The notes beneath the pieces are model-generated. The model saw only the letters and a program-made list of their open reading frames with translations. It ran no database searches and had not been told where the DNA came from. Made by a program: the position numbers and the translations under genes. Positions 38,357 through 48,525 of a stretch of 64,000 nt of DNA are shown here, one piece after another. The DNA is from Anaerolineae bacterium. GTDB lineage: Bacteria; Chloroflexota; Anaerolineae; Promineifilales; Promineifilaceae. The stretch covers positions 55,956-119,955 of the forward strand of contig JAUIAP010000016.1 of the NCBI GenBank assembly GCA_030425205.1, given 5' to 3'. The first letter of the stretch is position 1. Each line of letters opens with the position of its first letter.

Positions 38357-38395
38357 AACGAGGCGCCAGTGGAAATTTCCCACAGGCGCCTCGTT
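38357..38395. terminator. Bidirectional intrinsic terminator between convergent genes
   Basis: AACGAGGCGCCAGTGGAAA/TTTCCCACAGGCGCCTCGTT forms a stem of about 19 bp. It is flanked by an A-run (5') and TTTCT (3'). Confidence 0.8.
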
Positions 38396-38404
38396 TCTAA
38401 ACTA

Positions 38405-41400
38405 TTACGGCGATTCGACGATCACAATTTCGGAAGCAGATCGGCCGAAAACCTCTGGCGAATACATCTCTTCTGCCTTTGCTGGGGGAACAACAAACAC
38501 ACCCGGCGTTGTCGCACGTGCCACAAATTCATATTCATGGACACCCGCGTAGAGCAGCGTCGTAAACGCTTCGGCGCGTTCGTCGCGCAGGTTGACGTGG
38601 TCATACCAACGCCACCACCACCAGTAGTTTGGTTCATCCTCATCGTTGGGTGCGTCTGGGACAGCGACCGTATTTGCCAACCCCTCGTTGATGATTTCCA
38701 AGCCAGCGGGGAGTGGCGAAACCAGTGCCACGTGCGTGCGGCGGCTGTCTGCCACCATCGTCAGCTTGACGCGCACTTTCGCGCCAGCCTTGATGTGCCA
38801 GTTACCATCTTCATCTTGCGTCACGTCGGCTGGGTCATCGACCGCCTCATATTCGCGCAGCACGATGAAGCCACGATCGAGCGGATCGAGTGCCAAATCA
38901 CTCGGCGCATAGCGTAAGCCCAAGCGATAGTACAGTCGTCCGGCACCCTCTTTGCTGATGATGACGTTTTGTGCATCGGCCGAATCAGCGAGGAAGGTCA
39001 ACGGCACATCCGTCGCGTGGCGGTCTGTCGTGCGACCTTCGTAGACGTGTTCGGCCGCATACGTCTCACCTAGCCATACTCGCGCCACAAAATCGGGGGT
39101 CTGTGCCTCAAACGTCTCGAAGTAGCGATCCATCGCCAGCAGAATAAAGACGTTTTCCTGCGTGTTGTGCCAGCGTCCGCGCGTTTTGTCGGCGAGCAAG
39201 CCGTTGACCACCTTCACGATTAGGTCGCTATCGGGGTCGTTGGCGATCAGCGCATCGAGGATCACGCCATCGGTACGGCGATTGCTGTGCATGATGACAT
39301 AGGCATCATCGCTGTATTCGGTCGTGAAGGTGGCTGCATTGGCCGTTTCGACGGCACGGTTCTCGAAGTAGCGGCTGATTTCGGCCGATTCCGTTCCCTC
39401 ACTGCCAATCACCTGCCAAACCCATGCCAACGCCTCTGGGGCCAGCCCATCTGCACCGTTACGGTTGTAAAGTGCAAGTGCTTCGTCGCGGTCATTGTCG
39501 CCGCTCAAATCACGTACATACAGCGCATAGGCGCGAATCGTGTTCTTAATGTCTTCACTGTACCAGCTTGGGAAGTGGCTATCGACGTTCTCCAAATAGT
39601 TGAGCGCACGACTGAGCATATCGGCCGGCACGTCGTAGCCGTTCATCTGGGCGCGCACAAGTGCGTGGGTGACGTGTGCCGTCAGGAACGGATAGGAGGT
39701 GCGATTGCTCGACCACCAGCGGAAACCGCCGTCACTCGTTTGCAGTCGCGCAATCCCTTCGATGTCAGCCCGTACTTGCGCTTCGATCTCTGCTTGTTCG
39801 GGCATCCCGTCCGCATCAAACGCGCTCAACACGTCTTGCAACGCGGCGATGGCGAGAATGCGCGAGCCACGTGCTTCGCTGCTCTCATAGGGATAATCGA
39901 CCAAGTAGAGAACGGCATCGGTCAACGCTTGCAGCGCGGTCGACGAGGTGTCAATTTCTAAGCCGCCAAACTGTGTATACACGCCCTCTGGCACGGCAAC
40001 CGTTTGGGCAATTGCGCCCTCATCGATCACGCCATAGGTGGCGAACGCTTCCGTCGTTGCGGGCGTGTAGACGGGCAAATCGATATTGGCTGCATCCGCA
40101 TAGTCGCCAGAAACGGCGGCAAATTGGAAGCGGGCCAAGCCCGGCTGGTCGGTGGTCGTTGGGAAGCGCACCTCGATGCGGTCATTGGCGGGAACGGTGA
40201 CACGTTGGCCGTTGCCTTCTGTCAGCGCAACGTTTGTTGCCGTGACGACGACATCGACGACCATATCTTCGTCAGTCTGGTTTTGCAGAACGACGGGCAG
40301 TTCAAAGCTATCCCCAAAGTTGAGGAAGCGCGGTGCAGATGGGCGCACCATCAGCGGTAGACGGGCCGTGAGATTGCTTTCGGCCGATCCAAACAGCTTC
40401 TCGCCGCTGACAGCAACCGCCATAATCCGATAGCGTGTCAAGTTGTCAGGCAACGTCACCTCAACGCTGGCGTTGCCGTTGCCATCGGTCGTGACCGTCG
40501 GCGCAAACAACGCGAGGGCATCAAAGTTAGTGCGAACCTGAATCGGGTCTTGATTATTACCGCTTGTGGCCTCATCGGCGGCCACTTGAGTTGCCATTGG
40601 CGCAGGTGCACTGTTCAAATTAGCACCATCATCAGCACTATCAAACGCCATAGACTCTTCCATCACCTCCCCTTCAGTGGCCCCACCAACCGCACTGCGA
40701 GCAACATCTTGGACGGCGTTCCCCGCCAATTGGGTCGGGTCGACCAAGACGAGTTGGGCGCGGCTGTGCGACCCTTGCAGGTAGGTGTAGCGATTTTGAT
40801 AGATGGCGTTGAGTGGATTGACGAGCTGATAGTTTGTCAATGCCAGCACCGCTTCATCGACAACGACAAGCGCGATTTCTGAGTTGGTGACAGGATTGCC
40901 ATTGGCATCGGTCACGGTCAAATCAATCGTGGTGCTGCCGCCGGGTTCAAGCCCTGTCTCTTGCGGCTTGAGTTCGATGTCGAGCTCACGGCTGCGCGTC
41001 GAGATGGGCAGTTCGATGCTGCCGACCGCATAGGCGGGGCGAGCTGGTGCGTCGGGCAAGGGTGTGCCGTCGTCCAGCGTGCGCGGCTGTGCGCCCACAA
41101 GATCGATCTGCACGTTGATATTGGGCAAATACACCTCTTCGATAGGGATTTCGATGATGGTCGTGTCTCCTTCCATCGTGAAGCGTTCGGTTGAAACGAT
41201 GCCCTGTCGCGTCAGCGTGAGCAGCCCTTCCGCGTTTGGAATCGGTGACTGCACCAAAATTTCAGCGACATCGCCGGGTGCAAATGTCTCTTGGCTAGGA
41301 ATCAACGTGACTTGTTCTTGTTCGACGTTGCGATTCGGCCGATTGTCGCCACCACTGACCCAGCGTGTAATTTCGCTTTCATTACCACGCCCTTGCGCGT

Positions 41401-44400
41401 CGGTGATGGTCGCCGTGATGCGATATTGTCCGCCTTCTTCCGTCGTGAAGGTGCAGATGACCGCTTCAGCACCAGAGGTCACGTTGCAAGTTTGCACGTC
41501 GGCCTCTGTCTGTTGCCAGCGTCCACTGCTAAACGTCCATTCGAGCCGTGCCGCTTGCAGCGTAATCGGCGTGTTTGCAACGGCATTGCCGTCGATGTCT
41601 GTGACAATCGCCTCAATGTCGAGCGGTGTGCCTTGGCGGACAAAGTAGCGGTCGCTGCGTAAGCCCACATAAAGATCGGCGGGATGGACGAGCAGACTGG
41701 TGCTTGCACCCCAGCCTTGTCGGTTTACATCGATCACTTCGGCCGATGCTTCTACGCTATATGGTCGATTGGCTTCAAATTCGTCAAAGTCGATTCGCAA
41801 ATAGTGGTCGCCACTCGCGTCGGTGCGTCCTTCAAAGCTCTCATAGCTGCTCTCATTGCCTTCATAGTAGAAAGAATCATCATACCAGCCCCACCATGGC
41901 GTCCATTTGCCGAAGCTGAAATCGCTCCAGTTGGGTGGTGAGTAGGTGGTTGGATTGCTGTAGACGTTCCAGTAGACTTCGGCGTTGGGCAGTGCGCCGC
42001 CCGCGAAGTATTCGGCCGTAACACCCACAACCGCATGACCACCAATAAAGTGTGGCGATGGGGTCTCATTGCGTGCCGTTACCTCAAACTCTGGACGACG
42101 GAACTCTTGGATTTGGAATTGATGATAGTAGCTGCCATTTGGCATCCGAAATTCGATGTTGGCATAGCCGAGATTGACATCTTCGGGCAGATCAATGGTT
42201 AAATCGAAGCCGCCGAGAGTGGATAGTTCAACTGAACCAGTCGATAACTCATTCCCTTGTGACCCACGCACAGTATAGTTGATCGTCTGTGCGTCATCCC
42301 ACAGCGCAATGTCACCCAATGCGCCCGGTTCAACTCTGCGAACAAACCCCTTAACGCTCATTGTCTCGCCGGGACGATACATGGCGCGGTCATCAAAGAT
42401 GACCCAGCGCACCTCGCCGACATTGCGTTCGTTGTACCATTCCCCATACCCATATTCATTGGCAGGTAGCAGGGCGATGTCGTCGCCACTTTGAACGGTC
42501 AGATAGTTCACGCCGTCGGGGAAGTCAGAGATGCGAATTGTGCCATCGGCCGATGTTGTCGCCGATTGACCCTGAAACTGTACGGTCGCATCCGCTATCG
42601 ATGCGCCATCGCTCAACTGATTCGCCCAAACGATCATCTCCCCATTGCCCAATAGTGCATCCACGCCGATGTCCGTCACTTGCACCCAATGGGTGACAAC
42701 CGGGCGATAGCGATTGGTAAAGCGATCGATCAATCCTTCCGTTGGGGTAACGCGGATGATCGCGTGTCCATGCTCGCCATTGAGGGCTGCGCTCAGGTCG
42801 ATTGGTGTGACGGTTAGTTTGTCGTCTTCGCCGTCAACGCTGACGGTTTCATCAAAGACAAGTTCACCGGGTGGCGAGGGTGGATTATCGCGGTATGCAT
42901 TTTGCTGATACCTTAAGAACGCTTCCCAATCAGCGAGCGAAACCTTGTAAACCTGCACGTCAATATTTGGCACATTGATCGAATAGACGCTAATGGCTGG
43001 ATTGGGAGCGGCGGGATCGAGCGTGACAAGCGGCTTGTTCGCGCCGAAAAGGGTGGGTTCGGCCGAATCAATATCCTGCTCAAACTCATAATCGGCGCCC
43101 ATCGTCTGCCCAAAAATGTCCTGAATTTCGCCACTGAGACGAACCGTATAGGTTGAACGAGGCTGCCATGCGCCGCGAATGCTCATATAGTTGCCATAAA
43201 CACCGACAATTGCGTTCGGGATTTCTGGCTCAATCGTCACCCAATTGATGTCAAACAGTTGTGGATCGAGTGGGTTGGTAAATTCGATGCTGACTTCGCC
43301 ATAGGGGGGGCAGTTCCCGCCGTAGCCACAGCGTGTCTCGCGGACGGCCAGTGGTGGATAGGTTTGGGTTGAATAGGAAAATGTCTGGTCGCTTGTGCGT
43401 GCGCCTTCCAACGATGGCACGTTGGGGCCGATCTGGATGCTAATTGAAGTATCTGGTTGGAAGGGGTCAACGGCGCGGAATGCCACCCAACGATTATCGG
43501 GATGATTTTCTGCCAGTCCGTTGATGCGCTCATCGGCCGAAATTTCTTCCGCTGTTGCCAAGCGCAGCGCAACCTCGTTGCCACCTGCCGTCACCGTCGT
43601 CACGTCCAAAATAGCGGCCGGGTCAACGCGCTGGTCAAAGCCTGCAAAGAAGATCGGTTCCAGCGGTTGCGAACCGTCTTGTGGATAAAATGTTTGGATT
43701 TGTGGGGTCGGCGTGCGGAAAGAGAATGAAACCGTCTCTTGCAATGTCCCACCCGTTTCAGAGGTTGTTCCCGCAGGAATCTCGATTGTCACTTCGGTGG
43801 ACATCGGCAGGCGGTCGATTTGATCGGAAGCAAACTCGAAGCGTGCCGTCTGGGTTCCTAACCAAATCCACTCACCGGGCAGGTTGGGGGTCATGACCAT
43901 CGGCACATCCATTGCGGCAAGCTGATCTTGCGTCGCAATTGGCACCATCGGCTGATTAAATGTGACGGCAATAAACGGCGCAATCGTCACATCTCCCTCT
44001 GGAGCAAAACGAATCACTTCGAGATCACCGTCATTGTTGACCACTTCAACGGGTGGCGGCGCGAGTTCACCGGGGGCAGGGAACTGCTCATTGATCGTCT
44101 CACCCGTCAGTGGGGGTGGAATCAGCTGGGTTGGCAAATTAAGCTCAACTTGATCACTCGCCTCGCGCTGCAATTGGGGTAGGCGGGCGAGGATTTGGGC
44201 GATCACTTCAGATGGCAGACCTTCCCCTTGCACGACCTGATTTAGGATTGGCGCACTGTCCGCTTCGGGATTTCCCGCGCTCAGGCGCATACCAAAACGC
44301 GGCTGATTGCCTAGCTCGGCCGCCGCAAATGGATCGACCTGTAAAATCATGCCACTCTCTCCTGTTTGACTGGTTGTGTTGCCGCCATCTGGAACAGGCG

Positions 44401-44509
44401 TCGTTACGCCGTCAGGGGTCGGCGTGGGATCATCAGGCTGCTGGTCGCGGCAGTTGACAAGCGCGAACGTTAACAGCAAGAACAAGGTAATCAATAGGTT
44501 TCTTCTCAT
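38405..44509 (-). CDS. Bacterial alpha-2-macroglobulin family lipoprotein, thioester motif absent
   Basis: The start at 44509 is preceded by GGAGACGAA. The lipobox is 'LLLTFALVNC'. The product is about 2030 aa with repeated Ig-like (MG) segments. The TED-like region 'LYLVDYPYESSEARGSRILA' stands where thioester A2Ms have YPYGC(L/x)EQ. Confidence 0.8.
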   Translation of the reverse strand: MRRNLLITLFLLLTFALVNCRDQQPDDPTPTPDGVTTPVPDGGNTTSQTGESGMILQVDPFAAAELGNQPRFGMRLSAGNPEADSAPILNQVVQGEGLPSEVIAQILARLPQLQREASDQVELNLPTQLIPPPLTGETINEQFPAPGELAPPPVEVVNNDGDLEVIRFAPEGDVTIAPFIAVTFNQPMVPIATQDQLAAMDVPMVMTPNLPGEWIWLGTQTARFEFASDQIDRLPMSTEVTIEIPAGTTSETGGTLQETVSFSFRTPTPQIQTFYPQDGSQPLEPIFFAGFDQRVDPAAILDVTTVTAGGNEVALRLATAEEISADERINGLAENHPDNRWVAFRAVDPFQPDTSISIQIGPNVPSLEGARTSDQTFSYSTQTYPPLAVRETRCGYGGNCPPYGEVSIEFTNPLDPQLFDINWVTIEPEIPNAIVGVYGNYMSIRGAWQPRSTYTVRLSGEIQDIFGQTMGADYEFEQDIDSAEPTLFGANKPLVTLDPAAPNPAISVYSINVPNIDVQVYKVSLADWEAFLRYQQNAYRDNPPSPPGELVFDETVSVDGEDDKLTVTPIDLSAALNGEHGHAIIRVTPTEGLIDRFTNRYRPVVTHWVQVTDIGVDALLGNGEMIVWANQLSDGASIADATVQFQGQSATTSADGTIRISDFPDGVNYLTVQSGDDIALLPANEYGYGEWYNERNVGEVRWVIFDDRAMYRPGETMSVKGFVRRVEPGALGDIALWDDAQTINYTVRGSQGNELSTGSVELSTLGGFDLTIDLPEDVNLGYANIEFRMPNGSYYHQFQIQEFRRPEFEVTARNETPSPHFIGGHAVVGVTAEYFAGGALPNAEVYWNVYSNPTTYSPPNWSDFSFGKWTPWWGWYDDSFYYEGNESSYESFEGRTDASGDHYLRIDFDEFEANRPYSVEASAEVIDVNRQGWGASTSLLVHPADLYVGLRSDRYFVRQGTPLDIEAIVTDIDGNAVANTPITLQAARLEWTFSSGRWQQTEADVQTCNVTSGAEAVICTFTTEEGGQYRITATITDAQGRGNESEITRWVSGGDNRPNRNVEQEQVTLIPSQETFAPGDVAEILVQSPIPNAEGLLTLTRQGIVSTERFTMEGDTTIIEIPIEEVYLPNINVQIDLVGAQPRTLDDGTPLPDAPARPAYAVGSIELPISTRSRELDIELKPQETGLEPGGSTTIDLTVTDANGNPVTNSEIALVVVDEAVLALTNYQLVNPLNAIYQNRYTYLQGSHSRAQLVLVDPTQLAGNAVQDVARSAVGGATEGEVMEESMAFDSADDGANLNSAPAPMATQVAADEATSGNNQDPIQVRTNFDALALFAPTVTTDGNGNASVEVTLPDNLTRYRIMAVAVSGEKLFGSAESNLTARLPLMVRPSAPRFLNFGDSFELPVVLQNQTDEDMVVDVVVTATNVALTEGNGQRVTVPANDRIEVRFPTTTDQPGLARFQFAAVSGDYADAANIDLPVYTPATTEAFATYGVIDEGAIAQTVAVPEGVYTQFGGLEIDTSSTALQALTDAVLYLVDYPYESSEARGSRILAIAALQDVLSAFDADGMPEQAEIEAQVRADIEGIARLQTSDGGFRWWSSNRTSYPFLTAHVTHALVRAQMNGYDVPADMLSRALNYLENVDSHFPSWYSEDIKNTIRAYALYVRDLSGDNDRDEALALYNRNGADGLAPEALAWVWQVIGSEGTESAEISRYFENRAVETANAATFTTEYSDDAYVIMHSNRRTDGVILDALIANDPDSDLIVKVVNGLLADKTRGRWHNTQENVFILLAMDRYFETFEAQTPDFVARVWLGETYAAEHVYEGRTTDRHATDVPLTFLADSADAQNVIISKEGAGRLYYRLGLRYAPSDLALDPLDRGFIVLREYEAVDDPADVTQDEDGNWHIKAGAKVRVKLTMVADSRRTHVALVSPLPAGLEIINEGLANTVAVPDAPNDEDEPNYWWWWRWYDHVNLRDERAEAFTTLLYAGVHEYEFVARATTPGVFVVPPAKAEEMYSPEVFGRSASEIVIVESP

Positions 44510-44888
44510 TTCGTCTCCGTTAGTATGAATGGACATTCGTCCACTCAACATTTGATAATTATACAGGCGCGACGATCAAAATAAGACCGCCGCGCCACCC
44601 TGAAGGGTCTGGCTTTAGATATAACGGAGGCGGCGTGCGATTTGTTCCACAATTGATGGGATTGGTTTTGGCGCGTTTGGCATCATGCGGTGCAGTCGAC
44701 CTGTGTCTTACCCATTTGCCCTTGATCTGTGGATAAGGTGTGGATTTTTTGTGAGTAAGCTGTTGAAGGCGACTCATAATTCATTAAGGTTTTACTTTGG
44801 TGCGTGTGGTGCAAACAAAATGGGCGCGTCTCCGTTGCGGAAACGCGCCCATTCGTCATTTAATCATGCCCCAACTCAGGACGTTCGA

Positions 44889-47800
44889 TTATTCTGGCAA
44901 TAGTCCAATCCAATAGTCGTTGCCACCCCAATAGTAGCTGCCCGACCAGTAGTAGCTGCCGTTCCAGTAGTAGCTGGCCAAGTCAAAGAGGCTGTTACCC
45001 GCCCAGTAGTAACTGCCACCCCAATAGTAGGTGCCACTCCAATAGTACGTCCCGCTCCAGTAGTAACTGCCTGACCAGTAGTAGGTTCCGCTCCAGTAGT
45101 AGGTTCCAGCCCAATAGTAGGTTCCGTTCCAGAGATAGCCGTCAGAATCGGCCGATAATGCACTCTCCGCCGTCACATGCACGATGGGTTCAATTCCGGC
45201 ATCTAGCACAACATTTGTACAGCGATACTGATTGCCTTCCTGATGTTTGGCAACGACCCACCTGTGATTGCGATAGGTTTGACGCGATACTGTCTGACCG
45301 GGATGAATCGTCGCTTTTAATTGCGGACTGCCACTATAGCTGAGCCAGAACAAATACATCGTTTCGTTGCTTGAATTCTCCACCGTCAGCGTTGTGGAAT
45401 TGAGACCGTCTAACGACGAGCGAATGTCGCTCAACTCTTCACAGCGGGGATCACGCCCATGGACACGATAGCCGCCTGCATCCTCGTCGTAGTAGGCAGG
45501 TCCCACATAACGACCACCAGCGTGCATGTTTTGCGAAACATTGCCGCTATAGCTTCCATAAATCGCATCATACGGCTTCAAACGCCCTGCACCTTGCTGG
45601 AAGATGCTAAACGTCGTCTGTTGACCCGAAGAGTCACGCACGAGCGGTTGTGCCGATGCTTGCAGGCGGAACTTCACCTGATCAGGCGTCAACTCTGGAT
45701 TTTCTTGCAACATGAGGGCGACCACGCCAGATGTAACGGCGGTGGCGGCCGATGTGCCAGACCCTAAATAGTAGCCGCTATTCGTTTTCCGCACGCGTCG
45801 GTTGTTGGCATAACGACTGTTTGATTGCTGTGGTTGGGCGATGTGTGCGCCGGGTGCAACGATGTCGGGTTTAACAAAACCCATCTCGGTTGGTCCGGCC
45901 GCGCTAAATGGCGGAATATAGTCATCACTCGCATAGCCCGGCGTATACGCATCGGTGTAGGCACCGACCGTCACGACCATTGGGTCGTTGCCCGGTGTCG
46001 TGATCGAACCCGCGTATGGGCCCGTGTTGCCCGCCGCAACAATCACGACAACACCAGCATCCCACAGCAGTTCAACCGCCGTGTTAATTGGATTCTCCCA
46101 ATACGGCCCCGTCACAGGCCCCATCAGTGACAAGTTGACGACGCGGATATTCAACGCTTCATGGTGATCGTAGATGACCTCAAGACCACGTAGTACGTCT
46201 GCGTAGGTCGATTTTCCATCAGGGTCTAGCACGCGGATATCGTAGATGTTTGCGTCTGGTGCAACGCTGACAAAACGTCCTCTATGCCTATCGTTGCCGG
46301 CAATGATGCTGGCCATAAATGAGCCATGTCCATTTTCGTCGATGTCGGTATCGGGTAGTGCATTGTAGCGCATCACTACATTATTTTTTAGAACGGCTGG
46401 ATTGATTCCCGTATCCACAACGGCAACGCCAATGCCTGCACCACTAAGGCCTGCCTGATGGAGAGCGGGAATGCCGATTTCATCTAAATAGTCAGTTGGA
46501 GAGACCTCGGACGCTGTCGTCTTTTGTGTTTCATAAGGGGCAAGATAGCTGCCGGAGATGACTTCACGACGACCGTTGGGGATTTGCCACGCGACAGAGA
46601 GATGGTCGGCTCCCGTATGTTCTTTTTGAATCGCCTCAATATAGTAACGTTGCCCAGCTTCGAGATAAATTTTGCGCGACTTCTGTGATGCAAGCCAATT
46701 CCATTCGTGATAGTAGGTCCACTCGGTCACTGAGGCGATTTGTTGCGCTTCGTCGGGTCGCTCTGTTGCGCTGAGATAGAGGCGTGCATAGTTGTTGCCA
46801 GCCAACCAGAAGGTATATTCGCCCGTCACGGGTGGGTATAGATAGCCGCGTACGCGAGTCCCATAATGATCATCCATGTTGACGGGGGTTTCAAATTCGT
46901 TGATGTGACTCGTTCCCGTTGGATTGTTTGGATAGTTAGGATGGTTTAGTAGTGCGTTCAGGCTATCGCCGTTGACGTTGAGCCAGTATTCGCGCAGGAT
47001 TGTCCCACGACTATCATCAGGGCGAGAGCGGAAGAGAACTTCGTCTTGAATCGGCCGTTTTGAGAAGTTCGCGCTTTGATATGAGACGACGAGTCTATCG
47101 ACATAGCCATAGCCACCAAAATACTCGACTGTAATTGGATGATACCCTTGCTTGAGGAAGATGGTGCCGCTGCGTTCGCGTAGACCATGCAGGCCGTCAT
47201 TATCGACGACGAGTTGCCCATTGATGTGTACTTGGCTGCCGCCATTTGATTCGCTATAAAATGTGTAGGTTTCATCACGGTCAATGTAAATAAAACCGGT
47301 GTAACGGAAACCAAAGTAATCAATGCGTCCACGCACAGATAGATCGATGTTGTCGACCGTACCATGAAATGTCGGTACTAGATTTTCAAAATTAGGCAAA
47401 CGCGACCACCAGCCTTGATAGTACTGATAGAAAAGACCGTTGTCGCTGCCGCGCGCTGTGCCACCGTTCTGCTGGTTGAGCGTAATGTTGTCGAGATAGA
47501 AGGTCGGTTGGGGAGATTCGGTCAAACTTTGCCAAATGATGCCGTGAATGGGTGTATCGGCCGAAATAATCTCATCAAGCGCAATTTCATACTGCATCCA
47601 CGCGCCCTTTTCGGCCGTGACGGTCGTCTGCGACTTGCCCCAGTCGATTCCATCGGCCGTCACTAGCTGCAACCAGAGCGTTTGCCCGCCGGATTCGCCA
47701 CCATGCAACCAAAAACTCAGCGTGTCAACTTCATCGACCGTGAATGGCTTGTTCGTTTTGAGATAGAACGCCGAATGTGCCGCATCAAGTGAGACGGCAA

Positions 47801-48413
47801 CGCTACTCAGATTATCGGTTTGTGTTGGTTCTGGGTTTGCAGCGGTCGTTTCGGCCGATCCCCATGGCACGATCTCCCAATCAGTTCCTAGCCGATCTGC
47901 ATACAACATCTGCGATGACGTGCTGGCTAGTTCGACTGGTGCAACCTCGCGGCCACCTTGCGACTGCTGCGGCGTGCTCTCATGCATCAGCGTCGGCAAA
48001 AATACGGTGTGGAGGGGGGAATCCTCAGTTGGATAACGCTCCGTGTGGGTGATAATCGGGGTTGCTGAGATCGCGTTGTTGAGCGTGTGGAGTGGGGCAT
48101 CGAGCGCCACGTTTTCAATCCCTTCGACCGCCTCTAACGCCGTCATTTGGAGCGGCGGGAGCGACACCACATAGCTGTCGATAAATGGTACTGGCTCAAC
48201 AATCGAACCACCAACAGCACTCACCGCTTCTGCAACACCTTCAAACCCCTCTGCCGCTCGCACAACAACGCGCACTGCTGGCAGATCGGCCGATTGATCG
48301 GCTTTCACTTGGGCGGGGGTTGCCCAAACACAAAAAAGGCCAATACACACCGACCAAAAAATCAGACGCATGGGGGAGTTCCCATTGGAAAATTTACCAA
48401 TACCTGCAAACAT
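44889..48413 (-). CDS. Secreted multidomain subtilisin-like (S8) protease with CBM-like and two PA14 domains, a VHL-beta-like domain and a YYW-repeat tail
   Basis: The signal peptide is 'MRLIFWSVCIGLFCVWATPAQVKA', giving an alternative start at 48371. PA14-like segments are 'FYQYYQGWW..YFGFRYTGFIYIDRDETYTFYSESNGGSQVHINGQLVVDNDG' and 'LREYWLNV..GTRVRGYLYPPVTGEYTFWLAGNNYARLYLS'. The S8 triad motifs are 'VAVVDTGINP', 'ENGHGSFMASIIAG' and 'GSGTSAATAVTSGVVALM'. Confidence 0.85.
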   Translation of the reverse strand: MFAGIGKFSNGNSPMRLIFWSVCIGLFCVWATPAQVKADQSADLPAVRVVVRAAEGFEGVAEAVSAVGGSIVEPVPFIDSYVVSLPPLQMTALEAVEGIENVALDAPLHTLNNAISATPIITHTERYPTEDSPLHTVFLPTLMHESTPQQSQGGREVAPVELASTSSQMLYADRLGTDWEIVPWGSAETTAANPEPTQTDNLSSVAVSLDAAHSAFYLKTNKPFTVDEVDTLSFWLHGGESGGQTLWLQLVTADGIDWGKSQTTVTAEKGAWMQYEIALDEIISADTPIHGIIWQSLTESPQPTFYLDNITLNQQNGGTARGSDNGLFYQYYQGWWSRLPNFENLVPTFHGTVDNIDLSVRGRIDYFGFRYTGFIYIDRDETYTFYSESNGGSQVHINGQLVVDNDGLHGLRERSGTIFLKQGYHPITVEYFGGYGYVDRLVVSYQSANFSKRPIQDEVLFRSRPDDSRGTILREYWLNVNGDSLNALLNHPNYPNNPTGTSHINEFETPVNMDDHYGTRVRGYLYPPVTGEYTFWLAGNNYARLYLSATERPDEAQQIASVTEWTYYHEWNWLASQKSRKIYLEAGQRYYIEAIQKEHTGADHLSVAWQIPNGRREVISGSYLAPYETQKTTASEVSPTDYLDEIGIPALHQAGLSGAGIGVAVVDTGINPAVLKNNVVMRYNALPDTDIDENGHGSFMASIIAGNDRHRGRFVSVAPDANIYDIRVLDPDGKSTYADVLRGLEVIYDHHEALNIRVVNLSLMGPVTGPYWENPINTAVELLWDAGVVVIVAAGNTGPYAGSITTPGNDPMVVTVGAYTDAYTPGYASDDYIPPFSAAGPTEMGFVKPDIVAPGAHIAQPQQSNSRYANNRRVRKTNSGYYLGSGTSAATAVTSGVVALMLQENPELTPDQVKFRLQASAQPLVRDSSGQQTTFSIFQQGAGRLKPYDAIYGSYSGNVSQNMHAGGRYVGPAYYDEDAGGYRVHGRDPRCEELSDIRSSLDGLNSTTLTVENSSNETMYLFWLSYSGSPQLKATIHPGQTVSRQTYRNHRWVVAKHQEGNQYRCTNVVLDAGIEPIVHVTAESALSADSDGYLWNGTYYWAGTYYWSGTYYWSGSYYWSGTYYWSGTYYWGGSYYWAGNSLFDLASYYWNGSYYWSGSYYWGGNDYWIGLLPE
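44907..45140 (-). repeat. Coding tandem repeat, 18-nt period, encoding (G/S)(T/S)YYW(S/A/G) hexads
   Basis: Seven consecutive hexads (GTYYWA GTYYWS GTYYWS GSYYWS GTYYWS GTYYWG GSYYWA) are followed by the spacer GNSLFDLA. Next come SYYWN GSYYWS GSYYWG GNDYWI. On the plus strand the DNA reads as repeated CCAGTAGTAGSTNCC units. Confidence 0.9.
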
Positions 48414-48525
48414 CTATCACTCCTACGCTCTGATAGCGCATGAAATCTGTTCTGTTGTTTGGGGTGTAATTTGAAGCGTTCACACCACCGATTACTGTAA
48501 CGAATGCTAGTGTAGTACTCTGATC

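Noticed and set aside
44876-45163. A 95-aa ORF rich in TTG/PTIG repeats
   Set aside because: It is an alternative frame of the 18-nt YYW coding repeat of the S8 protease. Its periodicity is inherited from that gene.
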